Below are positions 36,441-45,462 of a stretch of 52,827 nucleotides of DNA, one piece after another. Each line of letters begins with the position of its first letter. The first letter of the stretch is position 1. The position numbers and the translations under genes were made by a program. The notes beneath the pieces were generated by a model. It was given only the letters and a program-made list of their open reading frames with translations. It did no database searches and was not told where the DNA came from. The stretch comes from Candidatus Aenigmatarchaeota archaeon (lineage in GTDB: Archaea > Aenigmatarchaeota > Aenigmatarchaeia > Aenigmatarchaeales > Aenigmatarchaeaceae). The DNA is taken from the NCBI GenBank assembly GCA_043814985.1, contig JBDRJK010000013.1, positions 1 to 52,827 on the forward strand, given 5' to 3'.

Positions 36441-36827
36441 ATGAGGCATGATTTGCTGTCAGATGTTTTATCTGCAATAAAAAACGGGGATAAGGTCGGT
36501 AAGAGAGAGACTATTGCACCTTCGTCCAAGTTTGTGAAGAATGTTTTGTTGATTTTACAGAAGCACAACTACATTGGGGACTTTGAATACATAGACGACA
36601 TGCGTGGAGGAAAATTCAAGATACAGCTGTTGGGAAAGATCAACGACTGCAAGGCAATAAGACCGAGATTCTACATAAAGGTGGAAGACTATGAAAAGTT
36701 CGAGAAGAGGTTCCTGCCTGCAGCCGGTATGGGTTTCATAATAATCTCAACATCAAATGGCTTGATGCTTCACTCTGAGGCAAAGAAGAAGGGGGTTGGA
36801 GGAACCCTCATAGCATTTGTTTATTAG
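36441..36827 (+). CDS. rps8: 30S ribosomal protein uS8
   Basis: YIGDFEYIDD.RGG, EKRFLPA, ISTSNG. Confidence 0.97.
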   Translation: MRHDLLSDVLSAIKNGDKVGKRETIAPSSKFVKNVLLILQKHNYIGDFEYIDDMRGGKFKIQLLGKINDCKAIRPRFYIKVEDYEKFEKRFLPAAGMGFIIISTSNGLMLHSEAKKKGVGGTLIAFVY

Positions 36828-36834
36828 TGGTTAT

Positions 36835-37359
36835 ATGGAAAAGATGATTGAAATTCCAAAAGACATTGAAGTTGAAATCGATAACTTCAAAGTCAAAATA
36901 AAGGGAACGAAAGGTTCCTTGGAGAGGGATTTCTATAGCCCTTTGTTCAGGAAAGAGATTGTCATCAAAAAAGATGACAAAACCATTTCCATAGCAACGG
37001 AATCCAAAAGAAAAAAGGTCAAGGCAATGGTAGGAACAATCGAGGCGCACATAAAAAACATGTTCAAAGGCGTGACAGAAGGCTTTACAGCAAAGTTGAA
37101 AATAGTCTACTTGCACTTTCCTTTCACACTTAAGATTACTGGAAGTGAGATTTTGGTGAACAATTTTTTAGGAGAGAAAAAGCCTAGGAAGACTGTGATT
37201 GTTGGGGACTGTAAAATGGAGATTAAGGGAGACGAGATAACAATTACAGGAATCAACAAAGAGGAAGTCGGTCAAACATCTGCGAACCTTGAAAGGATAA
37301 CATGGATAAAGGCCAGGGACAGAAGGGTCTTCCAGGATGGCATCTTCAGAACGTTGTGA
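36835..37359 (+). CDS. rpl6: 50S ribosomal protein uL6
   Basis: HFP, NFLGEK, DRRVFQDGI. Confidence 0.97.
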   Translation: MEKMIEIPKDIEVEIDNFKVKIKGTKGSLERDFYSPLFRKEIVIKKDDKTISIATESKRKKVKAMVGTIEAHIKNMFKGVTEGFTAKLKIVYLHFPFTLKITGSEILVNNFLGEKKPRKTVIVGDCKMEIKGDEITITGINKEEVGQTSANLERITWIKARDRRVFQDGIFRTL

Positions 37360-37364
37360 TTATT

Positions 37365-37757
37365 ATGAAAAAAAGAAAAAAACCTAAATTCCTGAGACAG
37401 GGATCAAAGAACGTAAAGAGAGTTAGCAAGAATTGGAGGAAGCCAATGGGCAGCCATTCAAAGCTGAGAAAGCACAAAATAGCAAGAGGCTGCATGCCTA
37501 ATGCAGGCTATGGTTCCCCGAAGGCTATCAGGGGACTTCATCCATCAGGTTATGAGGATATACTGATTCACAATCCAACTGATTTGGATAAAATAGATTC
37601 AAAAAAACAGGCTTGCAGAATCGCATCAACTGTTGGAAAAAGGAAGAGGTTTGATATAATGAAGAAGGCTTCGGAATTGAAAATAAAAATTTTGAACCCG
37701 TTAAAAATAGAAAAGAAAAAGCCTGAAGAGAAGAAAGATATCAAGAAAAAGAAGTGA
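37365..37757 (+). CDS. rpl32e: 50S ribosomal protein eL32
   Basis: WRKPMG..SKLR, GYGSP, RGLHPSG. Confidence 0.96.
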   Translation: MKKRKKPKFLRQGSKNVKRVSKNWRKPMGSHSKLRKHKIARGCMPNAGYGSPKAIRGLHPSGYEDILIHNPTDLDKIDSKKQACRIASTVGKRKRFDIMKKASELKIKILNPLKIEKKKPEEKKDIKKKK

Positions 37758-37762
37758 TGATT

Positions 37763-37924
37763 ATGTATATGATTGGTAAGAAAATATGTCCGCTTTGTGG
37801 TGTAAAGGGTAACACTTGGAAGAAAGACAGAAATGTCTTTGTTTGCCCTAGCTGCAGTTCGTTTTTTAATGATTTTGGAATTGTATTGGAACCTGAAATC
37901 AGAAAGGAGAGTATGTTTTCATGA
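37763..37924 (+). CDS. Small Zn-ribbon protein (53 aa) inserted between rpl32e and rpl19e
   Basis: Manual translation MYMIGKKICPLCGVKG...FVCPSCSSFFNDFGIVLEPEIRKESMFS; stop overlaps the rpl19e ATG (ATGA). Confidence 0.75.
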   Translation: MYMIGKKICPLCGVKGNTWKKDRNVFVCPSCSSFFNDFGIVLEPEIRKESMFS

Positions 37925-38349
37925 ACCTACAAAAAAAGCTTGCAGCAAAAGTTTTGAAATGTGGAGTTAACAGGATTTGGATTAGCCCTAAGAACGAAAA
38001 GGTAAAGCAGGCAATAACAAGGAGGGACATCAGGAGGTTCATCAAGGAAGGCGCGATTAAAAAGATTACTGCCAAGAAAGTTCCAAAGAAGGTCGTGAAG
38101 AAGGCAAAGCAGCAGAAGATGGGAAGCAGGAAAGGAACCAAAGGCGCTAGAAGGGGAAAGAAAACATCGTGGCTCAGGATCATCAGGCCTCAGAGAAGGC
38201 TACTCAAGGAACTAAAGGAAAAGGATCAATTAAAGGATAACACTTACAGAATGCTTTACAGGCTGGTCAAGGGTAACATGTTCAGAAGCAAGGCGCACCT
38301 AATGATATACTTGAAAGATAAAAAACTTTTGAAGAAGGGAGCAAAATGA
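37921..38349 (+). CDS. rpl19e: 50S ribosomal protein eL19
   Basis: QKKLAAKVLKCG, GSRKG, YRLVKGNMF. Confidence 0.96.
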   Translation: MNLQKKLAAKVLKCGVNRIWISPKNEKVKQAITRRDIRRFIKEGAIKKITAKKVPKKVVKKAKQQKMGSRKGTKGARRGKKTSWLRIIRPQRRLLKELKEKDQLKDNTYRMLYRLVKGNMFRSKAHLMIYLKDKKLLKKGAK

Positions 38350-38837
38350 AAAACAAAACCGCCATAATAAAATTTAAGAGGAGAAGAGAGAAGAAGACCA
38401 ATTACAAGAAAAGATTAGCTCTGTTGAAGTCTGAGAAGACTAGATTAGTCATAAGGAAGAGCATATCCAATATTTCCATTCAATTCATTAATTTTGATAC
38501 CGAAGGCGATAAAACAGTTGTCACTATAGTATCAACTGAGTTGAAGAAACTTGGTTGGACAAAAGGTGGAAACATTCCTGCAGCTTATTTGACAGGACTG
38601 CTTGCAGGAAAAAAGGCAAAGGAAAAGAAAATTGTGGAAGCCATTTTAGATTTAGGATTGCAAACATCAACAAAGGGTTCAAGGCTTTATGCAGCCTTGA
38701 AAGGGGTGTTGGATTCAGGGGTGAACATTCCTCATTCTGAGTCAATCCTTCCCAAAGAAGACAGGATCAAGGGGAAGCACATATCAGAAGATGTTGCTAA
38801 ACAGTTTGAGGATGTCAAAAAGAAGATAGAGGGTTAA
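38346..38837 (+). CDS. rpl18: 50S ribosomal protein uL18
   Basis: RRREKKTNY, NIPAAYLTG, LKGVLDSG. Confidence 0.97.
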   Translation: MKNKTAIIKFKRRREKKTNYKKRLALLKSEKTRLVIRKSISNISIQFINFDTEGDKTVVTIVSTELKKLGWTKGGNIPAAYLTGLLAGKKAKEKKIVEAILDLGLQTSTKGSRLYAALKGVLDSGVNIPHSESILPKEDRIKGKHISEDVAKQFEDVKKKIEG

Positions 38838-38838
38838 C

Positions 38839-39711
38839 ATGCCAGAGAAAAAAACAAAAAAAGAAGAAACAAAAAAGAAAAAGCCTGAAGAGAAGAAAGA
38901 GGTAAAGAAAAAGAAAGCTCCCAAGGAAGAAACAAAAACAGAAAAGAAGAAAAGGGAACCTAAGAAAGAAGAGTCTAAACCAGAACCAACAACAAGGGAG
39001 AAGCCTAGATTTGAAATACCTAATGGATGGAAACCTAAAACACAGTTAGGCAAGAAGGTCTTAGCCGGGGAAATAACTGACATTGACGAAGTCTTTGCTA
39101 GCGGTGTAAAGATTGCTGAAGCGCCCATTGTTGACATGCTGCTTCCTGATTTAGAGAAAGATGTTATATTTATTGGAGGTTCGACTGGGAAGGGAGGAGG
39201 AATAAGGAGAACGCCTTTTAAGAGAACCGCAAGGATGCACAAGAGCGGTAGGAGATACAGAATGTCTGTCATGGCTGTTGTTGGCAACAGGAACGGGTAT
39301 GTGGGAATTGGTTTGGCTTCAAGCCCTCCCGGAAGGCACAGGGAGTCTATTGAAAAGGCAACCACCAGGGCAAAGCTGAACATAGTTCCCATAGCAAGAG
39401 GTTGTGGTTCTTGGGAATGCCTCTGCGCAACACACCACTCTATTCCGTTTACTGTCGAGGGAAAAAGCGGATCCTCCATAGTGAAGCTTATACCAGCGCC
39501 AAAGGGACTTGGTTTGGCTGTTTCCAACGAGATTAAAAAAATCATGACTTTTGCAGGAATAAGCGACATATGGTGCAGGTCTAGGGGAAACACCAAGATG
39601 AGGATAAACTTCGCAAAGGCAGTTTTAAACGCGCTGAAAAAATTGAATGTTTACAAGATAAAGCCAGAATTCGAGAAGAAAGTAGGCATGAAGGTAGGTA
39701 AGGAAGAGTGA
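38839..39711 (+). CDS. rps5: 30S ribosomal protein uS5
   Basis: WKPKTQLG, RGCGSWEC, PAPKGLGL; Lys/Glu-rich N-terminal extension. Confidence 0.97.
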   Translation: MPEKKTKKEETKKKKPEEKKEVKKKKAPKEETKTEKKKREPKKEESKPEPTTREKPRFEIPNGWKPKTQLGKKVLAGEITDIDEVFASGVKIAEAPIVDMLLPDLEKDVIFIGGSTGKGGGIRRTPFKRTARMHKSGRRYRMSVMAVVGNRNGYVGIGLASSPPGRHRESIEKATTRAKLNIVPIARGCGSWECLCATHHSIPFTVEGKSGSSIVKLIPAPKGLGLAVSNEIKKIMTFAGISDIWCRSRGNTKMRINFAKAVLNALKKLNVYKIKPEFEKKVGMKVGKEE

Positions 39712-39712
39712 T

Positions 39713-40138
39713 ATGTACGCAGTAATCAGGATAAAGGGCACTGTTGGTGTGAAGAAGGAAATTAGCGACACTCTTTCAATGTTGAGAATGAACAGGAGAA
39801 TGCACTGTGTTGTATTGAGAGAGACTGACAATAACAAGGGAATGGTCCAGAAGGTCAGGAGCTGGACAACTTATGGGGAAATAGATGACAGTGTCCTGAA
39901 GCACATGATTGAGAAGAGGGGAAGGAAACTGGGAGACAAAAGACTAAGCAAGGAAGAGGTTCAGGATGTTTTCAACAAGATAAAGGAAACTGGAAAGATT
40001 CCCAAGGAAATAAAGCCTGTTTTCAGATTGACTCCCCCGTCCAAAGGTTTCAAGAAATCAACCAAGCAGCACTATCCTAAGGGTGAACTGGGTTACAGAG
40101 GCAAGGAAATAAATTCGTTGTTAAAGAGGATGATTTGA
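39713..40138 (+). CDS. rpl30: 50S ribosomal protein uL30
   Basis: AVIRIKG, FRLTPP.KG, GELGYRG. Confidence 0.96.
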   Translation: MYAVIRIKGTVGVKKEISDTLSMLRMNRRMHCVVLRETDNNKGMVQKVRSWTTYGEIDDSVLKHMIEKRGRKLGDKRLSKEEVQDVFNKIKETGKIPKEIKPVFRLTPPSKGFKKSTKQHYPKGELGYRGKEINSLLKRMI

Positions 40139-40596
40139 TGGCTACTAATGCGACAATCTGCTTTTTGATAAAAGATAATAAAATATTGCTTCAAAAGAAA
40201 TCAAAGGAATTATTCGGTGAAGGAAAGTGGAATGGACCTGGTGGAAAAATAAAACAGAATGAAAGTCCTTCAGAATGCGCTAAAAGAGAAACTTTAGAAG
40301 AAATAAATGTAAGGGTTTCAGATTTTAAGAAATGCGGCTTTTTGAAATTCTTTAAAGGCGATGAGTCTTTTTTTGATTGTCATGTGTTTTCTACAAATCA
40401 ATTCGAGGGAGAACCCAAATCTGGAAGAGAGGGCATTGTAAAGTGGTTTGATTTCAATGAAATACCGTTCAATGAGATGTGGCCTGATGACAAGTTCTGG
40501 ATGAATCTGATGCTTCAGGGAAAACAATTCGAGGGAGAATTTTATTTTGATAATAGCTTAAAAGAGATTTTGGATTACAAGTTAAATGTGGTTTAA
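40138..40596 (+). CDS. Nudix hydrolase, MTH1/8-oxo-dGTPase-like
   Basis: GKWNGPGGK, Nudix box CAKRETLEE, IPFNEMWPDD. Confidence 0.9.
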   Translation: MATNATICFLIKDNKILLQKKSKELFGEGKWNGPGGKIKQNESPSECAKRETLEEINVRVSDFKKCGFLKFFKGDESFFDCHVFSTNQFEGEPKSGREGIVKWFDFNEIPFNEMWPDDKFWMNLMLQGKQFEGEFYFDNSLKEILDYKLNVV

Positions 40597-41010
40597 ATGG
40601 TTGTGAGAAGGAGAAAAAGGATTACTAGGTTGAGGGGGAGTAGGACCCAGGGCTTTGGTAGCCATAAGAAGCACAGAGGAGCAGGCTCGAGAGGTGGGAG
40701 GGGAAAGTCTGGTCTGCAGAAGCACAAGAAGTCTTGGATGCTGATAAACGAGCCAGACCACTTTGGGAAAGGGGGCTTCAAAATTCCAGTTGGTGCGAAA
40801 AAGCAGATACTTGCAATCACTCTAAAGGACATCGACATCCTTGCCAAGAAGATGAAAAAAACGGAGATTGATGTTTCTGAATTAGGATATGATAAGGTCC
40901 TGTCAACAGGAAAAATAACACAGCCTTTGACAATCAAGGCAAAGAAAATTGTTGACAAGGCAAAAAAGAAGATAGAGGAAGCTGGCGGAAAGGTGATAGA
41001 GGATGCTTGA
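40597..41010 (+). CDS. rpl15: 50S ribosomal protein uL15
   Basis: RGAGSRGGRG, HFGKGGF, KIEEAGG. Confidence 0.97.
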   Translation: MVVRRRKRITRLRGSRTQGFGSHKKHRGAGSRGGRGKSGLQKHKKSWMLINEPDHFGKGGFKIPVGAKKQILAITLKDIDILAKKMKKTEIDVSELGYDKVLSTGKITQPLTIKAKKIVDKAKKKIEEAGGKVIEDA

Positions 41011-42538
41011 TTGGGTAGGACTCGCAGAAAAGATACCGACTGTTGCCAGTCCCGTGCAAAAGCTCAATTTCAAGGAAAAGGGGAAATGGACACTTATAAT
41101 ATTAATCTTATTTTTCACACTGGGTTCAATAACAATCTGGGGTGTCAACCCTGATGCTGTTGCACAGTTCGAGTTCTTGGAAATTGTTTTCGGTTCCAAG
41201 TTCGGTTCACTGATAACATTGGGTATCGGTCCAATTGTAACTTCCTCGATTATATTGCAGCTGATAGTTGGGAGCGGCATAATCAGCTGGGACCAGACAA
41301 CAGAGGATGGAAAAAGAAAGTTCAGCGCTGCACAGAAACTCATGACAATCTCGTTCTGTTTCATACAGGGAATAGCATATGTGATAGCAGGAGCTGTCCC
41401 ACCCGCAACCCCAGACGCTTTCCTAATGGTCTTCGTTGTACTGGAGCTAGCTTTCGGTGGAATAGTCATAATGTTCATGGACGAGGTAGTTTCCAAGTGG
41501 GGCTTCGGTTCAGGAGTATCGCTTTTCATAGCAGCAGGAGTTTCAAAGACAATAATACTTAGAACCTTTAACCCGTTAAGCCAGGCAGGATTACTTCCCG
41601 ACCTTGAGATAGGAGAGCTTCCTGCAGGAATAATACCAGGCTTCATAGCCTCGTTCATACAGGGTACGCCTCTTTTCATGAACCTGCTTCCGCTGATAGC
41701 AACAATAGTTGTTTTTATTGTTACTGTCTACATTCAGAACGTGAGGATTGAGATACCAATGGCGTTCTCAATGCCCTTCGGAACGTCCTCTGGAAGAAGA
41801 TGGCCCCTGAAATTCTTGTACACATCCAACATCCCAGTCATCCTGACATCTGCTGTTGTGGCAAACCTGCAGGTGGTGGGTAGGATTCTCTACCAGAGGG
41901 GAATCACCTTCTTAGGGGCTTATGATGCCCAGGGAAGGCCAACAGAGGGTCTCATGTATTTCCTTTCCGCTCCAACAGGGGAAATTGGAATAATAATTGT
42001 CACAGTGCTTGCGAGTGTATTAGCTCTCTTCTTCGCCTTTATTGCAATAAAGGCCTGGAAAAAGAACGCTTTGAAAATGAGCGTCTTGGGAGCAGTGATC
42101 GGTTTAGCTCTGGGATATTTCTTGATTTCATTTTATAACATTGCCACAATAACAACAACAAGCGTTGTGAGATCCATAACTTACATGTCAGTCTTCATAA
42201 TCGCTTCAGTGATATTCTCCATCTTTTGGGTCAGCACAGCTGGAATGGATGCAAAGTCAGTGTCAGACCAGTTCAAATCATATTCGATATTAATTCCCGG
42301 TTTCAGGCATGATCCAAGAATAATAGAGAAGGTCCTGAACAGGTACATACCTGCCTTGACTATTTTAGGCGGGGCCTTTGTTGGGTTCTTGGCAACCTTT
42401 GCAGACTTGACGTCGGCAATTGGGACTGGAACAGGAATTTTATTGGCTGTTATGATAATTTATCAATTCTACGAGCAAATAATGTCACAACACAGGGACG
42501 ACATACCACCAGCAATAAGGAGATTCCTAGGTGCTTAA
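41003..42538 (+). CDS. secY: Preprotein translocase SecY
   Basis: LGIGPIVTSSII, SKWGFGSGVSLFI, YTSNIPVIL, IPGFR, GTGILLAV. Confidence 0.98.
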   Translation: MLDWVGLAEKIPTVASPVQKLNFKEKGKWTLIILILFFTLGSITIWGVNPDAVAQFEFLEIVFGSKFGSLITLGIGPIVTSSIILQLIVGSGIISWDQTTEDGKRKFSAAQKLMTISFCFIQGIAYVIAGAVPPATPDAFLMVFVVLELAFGGIVIMFMDEVVSKWGFGSGVSLFIAAGVSKTIILRTFNPLSQAGLLPDLEIGELPAGIIPGFIASFIQGTPLFMNLLPLIATIVVFIVTVYIQNVRIEIPMAFSMPFGTSSGRRWPLKFLYTSNIPVILTSAVVANLQVVGRILYQRGITFLGAYDAQGRPTEGLMYFLSAPTGEIGIIIVTVLASVLALFFAFIAIKAWKKNALKMSVLGAVIGLALGYFLISFYNIATITTTSVVRSITYMSVFIIASVIFSIFWVSTAGMDAKSVSDQFKSYSILIPGFRHDPRIIEKVLNRYIPALTILGGAFVGFLATFADLTSAIGTGTGILLAVMIIYQFYEQIMSQHRDDIPPAIRRFLGA

Positions 42539-42539
42539 A

Positions 42540-43184
42540 ATGAAAATAGTAATGTTAGGTGTAAAGGGTTCGGGAAAGGGAACTTACGCTTCAAGGCTAG
42601 CTCCATTGCTCGGAATACCTCACATCTCTACAGGAGACATATTCCGCGATAACATAAAGAATGGGACAGAGCTCGGCAAGAAGGTGGAGGAGATACTGAA
42701 AGCTGGCAAATTCGTTTCAGATGAGTTGACAATAAAGATTGTGGAAGAGAGGCTTGAAGAGCCAGACTGCAAGAATGGTTTTATTCTTGATGGCTTCCCA
42801 AGGACACCCAACCAAGCAGACGGTTTGAACAATGTTGAGAAGCTTGATTTTGTAATATATTTGGACGTCCTTGAGGACGTAATAATAAGGAGAATATCAA
42901 CCAGAGTCACATGCAAGAAGTGCAAAACAATTTATAATACTGAAGTCCTAAAGCCTAAGGAAGAGGGCATCTGTGACAATTGTGGTGGAGAGCTCTACCA
43001 GAGGGACGACGACAAGCCGGAGATAGCCAGGAAGAGAATAGAACAGGATGAGAAAAACTTAAAACCTTTGTTGGACTATTACAAGAACAAGGGATTGTTG
43101 AAAATAGTCAAGTGTGTCAAATTCAATGACCCTCCGGAGAATTATGTTAACCAGATACTGGAGATAGTAGGTGCGAAAGAATGA
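42540..43184 (+). CDS. adk: Adenylate kinase (bacterial-type, Zn-lid)
   Basis: GSGKGT, HISTGDIFR, LDGFPRT, CKKC...CDNC lid. Confidence 0.95.
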   Translation: MKIVMLGVKGSGKGTYASRLAPLLGIPHISTGDIFRDNIKNGTELGKKVEEILKAGKFVSDELTIKIVEERLEEPDCKNGFILDGFPRTPNQADGLNNVEKLDFVIYLDVLEDVIIRRISTRVTCKKCKTIYNTEVLKPKEEGICDNCGGELYQRDDDKPEIARKRIEQDEKNLKPLLDYYKNKGLLKIVKCVKFNDPPENYVNQILEIVGAKE

Positions 43185-43639
43185 CACTGCTAGGATTGAG
43201 CCCAATAATAGAGGAACTTTTGCTAGCCTCGGTCATGGTTTTCATCACATCGCTTTTTTACAGGTTCCTTATGGACCAGAACAAGATGAGAGACTTGAAA
43301 AACCAGCAAGATGAGAAACAGAAAAGAATGAAAGAATTGCAAAAGACAAACCCTGAAGAGGCGAATAATGTTATGAAAGAGATATTAGGTCTTACCAACA
43401 AACGAAACAAATTAATGATGAAACCTATGCTTGTAACCTTTATTGTTGTTGGGTTGGCTTTGTCATGGATGAGTGGATTATATTCAGGATTTATTCCACT
43501 TTTGCCTTTTGTATGGCCAAGCTTCATGAGTTGGTTTATTGGTGTTGAAGGCTTGATAAAGCCTTGGCTGGCCTGGTACATAGTAGTTTCATTTCCTTTA
43601 AATTCCATTTTCAGAAAAATATTAGGTGTTGAAATATGA
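43181..43639 (+). CDS. DUF106/EMC3-TMCO1 (Oxa1 superfamily) membrane insertase
   Basis: TM, coiled coil, MKPM, W..WY, RKILG; canonical position after adk. Confidence 0.88.
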   Translation: MTLLGLSPIIEELLLASVMVFITSLFYRFLMDQNKMRDLKNQQDEKQKRMKELQKTNPEEANNVMKEILGLTNKRNKLMMKPMLVTFIVVGLALSWMSGLYSGFIPLLPFVWPSFMSWFIGVEGLIKPWLAWYIVVSFPLNSIFRKILGVEI

Positions 43640-43881
43640 GAAACTCCAATTCAATAAGAAAGATCAAAAGAAAAGCTCCAGGTGGACACACAATTGTTCG
43701 CTTGAAGAAAAAGAAACCCAGCTACGCCAAGTGCAAGGAATGCGGGAAAAAGTTGAACAGGGCAAAACTGAGCATCAAGAAATTAAAGAATCTGCCAAAG
43801 ACCAAGAAAAGATCAGAGAGGCCTTTCCCAGAATTATGCTCAAGATGCATGAGAAAGCACTTTAAGGAGAAGGTGAGATAG
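43636..43881 (+). CDS. rpl34e: 50S ribosomal protein eL34
   Basis: KAPGG, CKECG, ERPF..LCSRC. Confidence 0.94.
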   Translation: MRNSNSIRKIKRKAPGGHTIVRLKKKKPSYAKCKECGKKLNRAKLSIKKLKNLPKTKKRSERPFPELCSRCMRKHFKEKVR

Positions 43882-44196
43882 ATGTATGAAGCAGGAAGAA
43901 TATGTTTAAAGATTGCTGGCAGGGAAGCTGGCAAGTACTGCGTTATTGTTGAGAGCGTTGATGACAATTTTGTACTAATAACAGGGCCAAAGGCAATAAC
44001 AGGGGTCAAGAGAAGGAAGTGCAACATAGAGCACATAGAGCCAACAGAGAACAAGATTGATATTGCTTCCAAGGCTGATGATGCATCCGTTGAGAGCCTG
44101 TGGAAAAGTTCTGGTTTGGTTGAGAAGCTTGAGATAGAGGTTCCTGTTAAGAGGGAATTCAAGAAGAAAGTTAAAGAAACCAAAAAGAAGAAGTAA
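43882..44196 (+). CDS. rpl14e: 50S ribosomal protein eL14
   Basis: GRICLKIAGREAG, GVKRRKCNIEHIEP. Confidence 0.95.
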   Translation: MYEAGRICLKIAGREAGKYCVIVESVDDNFVLITGPKAITGVKRRKCNIEHIEPTENKIDIASKADDASVESLWKSSGLVEKLEIEVPVKREFKKKVKETKKKK

Positions 44197-44200
44197 TTCT

Positions 44201-44434
44201 CTAGAATATATCGTTGTAATACAAATCCTCTTCCCAGACTTCGGCCTTCACTTCTTTTATGCCCATTCTTCTCAGTTCTATGTTTGCCTTTTCCTCTGGA
44301 ACATCCTTGAACAGGACAACAGTTCCCCTGTGCCCGAATTTCTCCCACCCTGAACTTTTCAGCTTCTCGATTATTTCTGTTAGCCTTTTGCTGTTTTTAG
44401 ACCAGTCAAATTCGTTTATCAGTATTTCCATCAT
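44201..44434 (-). CDS. Hypothetical protein
   Basis: 77-aa ORF filling the gap between rpl14e and cbf5. Confidence 0.55.
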   Translation of the reverse strand: MMEILINEFDWSKNSKRLTEIIEKLKSSGWEKFGHRGTVVLFKDVPEEKANIELRRMGIKEVKAEVWEEDLYYNDIF

Positions 44435-44532
44435 GATTTTAAATAAAAAACTGAAACAGATAAAAAATACTTACCACGCTTAGTTGTAGTCGGACTTTAT
44501 TTAAGTATCTTTAATACCAAATAATCTTATCT

Positions 44533-45462
44533 ATGGGTTGGCTAATAAAAAAACACGAGGCGTCCTTGACTGATCATGGACATTATCCAGGGGCAAGGCC
44601 TCTAAAGGAATACATAAAAAACGGTATAATAATTCTAGACAAGCCTTCGGGACCCACTTCCAACCAGGTTGATAACTGGGTCAAACAATTATTGAATATT
44701 AAGAAATGTTCCCATGCGGGAACCTTGGATCCAAGAGCATCTGGAGTTCTGGTAATAGCCATAGAGAACGCGACCAAGCTGATGCCTATATTACTATCCT
44801 GTAAAAAGGAATACGTCGGTGTAATACGCCTGCACGAGGATGTTGACAAGAAAAAAATCCAAAAGGTCTTCAAGGATTTCAAAGGAAAAGTAAAACAGCT
44901 GCCTCCATTAAAGTCCGCGGTTGCCAGAAGAGTGAGGGAAAGGGAGATATACTATCTGGAAATACTGGAGATTGACGGCAAGAACATTCTTTTCAAGGTA
45001 GGCTGCGAGGCAGGCTTCTATGTAAGGAACCTAGCTGTTGATGTTGGAAAAAAACTCGGGGTGAAATCACACCTTCAGGAGCTTAGACGAACGAAAAGCG
45101 GAAACTTCTCTGAAGAGCAAACAATAACTTTGCAAAACTTGTTTGATGCAGTTGAGGAGGAGAAGATTAAGGAAGCTGTTCATCCAATGGAGATAGCTAT
45201 TGAGACAATAGGGAAGGTGGTTGTTTCTGACACGACAATAAGCAACATAACCAATGGGTCGCCTCTCTATGTCATGGGAATAAGCAGGCTCGAGGACAAC
45301 ATAAGGAAGGGAGAGTGGGTAGGCATGTTCAGCCTAAAGGGGGAGTTGATTGCAATTGGAAAGGCTTCAATGGACTCCAATGACATTCTCAAGAAAAACA
45401 AGGGTCTGGCAATCAAGGTTGACAGGGTTCTGATGAAGAAGGGAACATACCCCTCAGCTTGA
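44533..45462 (+). CDS. cbf5: H/ACA pseudouridine synthase Cbf5
   Basis: DKPSGPTS, HAGTLDP, LQELRRT, C-terminal PUA domain. Confidence 0.96.
   Translation: MGWLIKKHEASLTDHGHYPGARPLKEYIKNGIIILDKPSGPTSNQVDNWVKQLLNIKKCSHAGTLDPRASGVLVIAIENATKLMPILLSCKKEYVGVIRLHEDVDKKKIQKVFKDFKGKVKQLPPLKSAVARRVREREIYYLEILEIDGKNILFKVGCEAGFYVRNLAVDVGKKLGVKSHLQELRRTKSGNFSEEQTITLQNLFDAVEEEKIKEAVHPMEIAIETIGKVVVSDTTISNITNGSPLYVMGISRLEDNIRKGEWVGMFSLKGELIAIGKASMDSNDILKKNKGLAIKVDRVLMKKGTYPSA

Noticed and set aside
38784..41679. Long antisense ORFs opposite rps5 and secY
   Set aside because: Antisense shadows of highly conserved genes, with no independent motifs.
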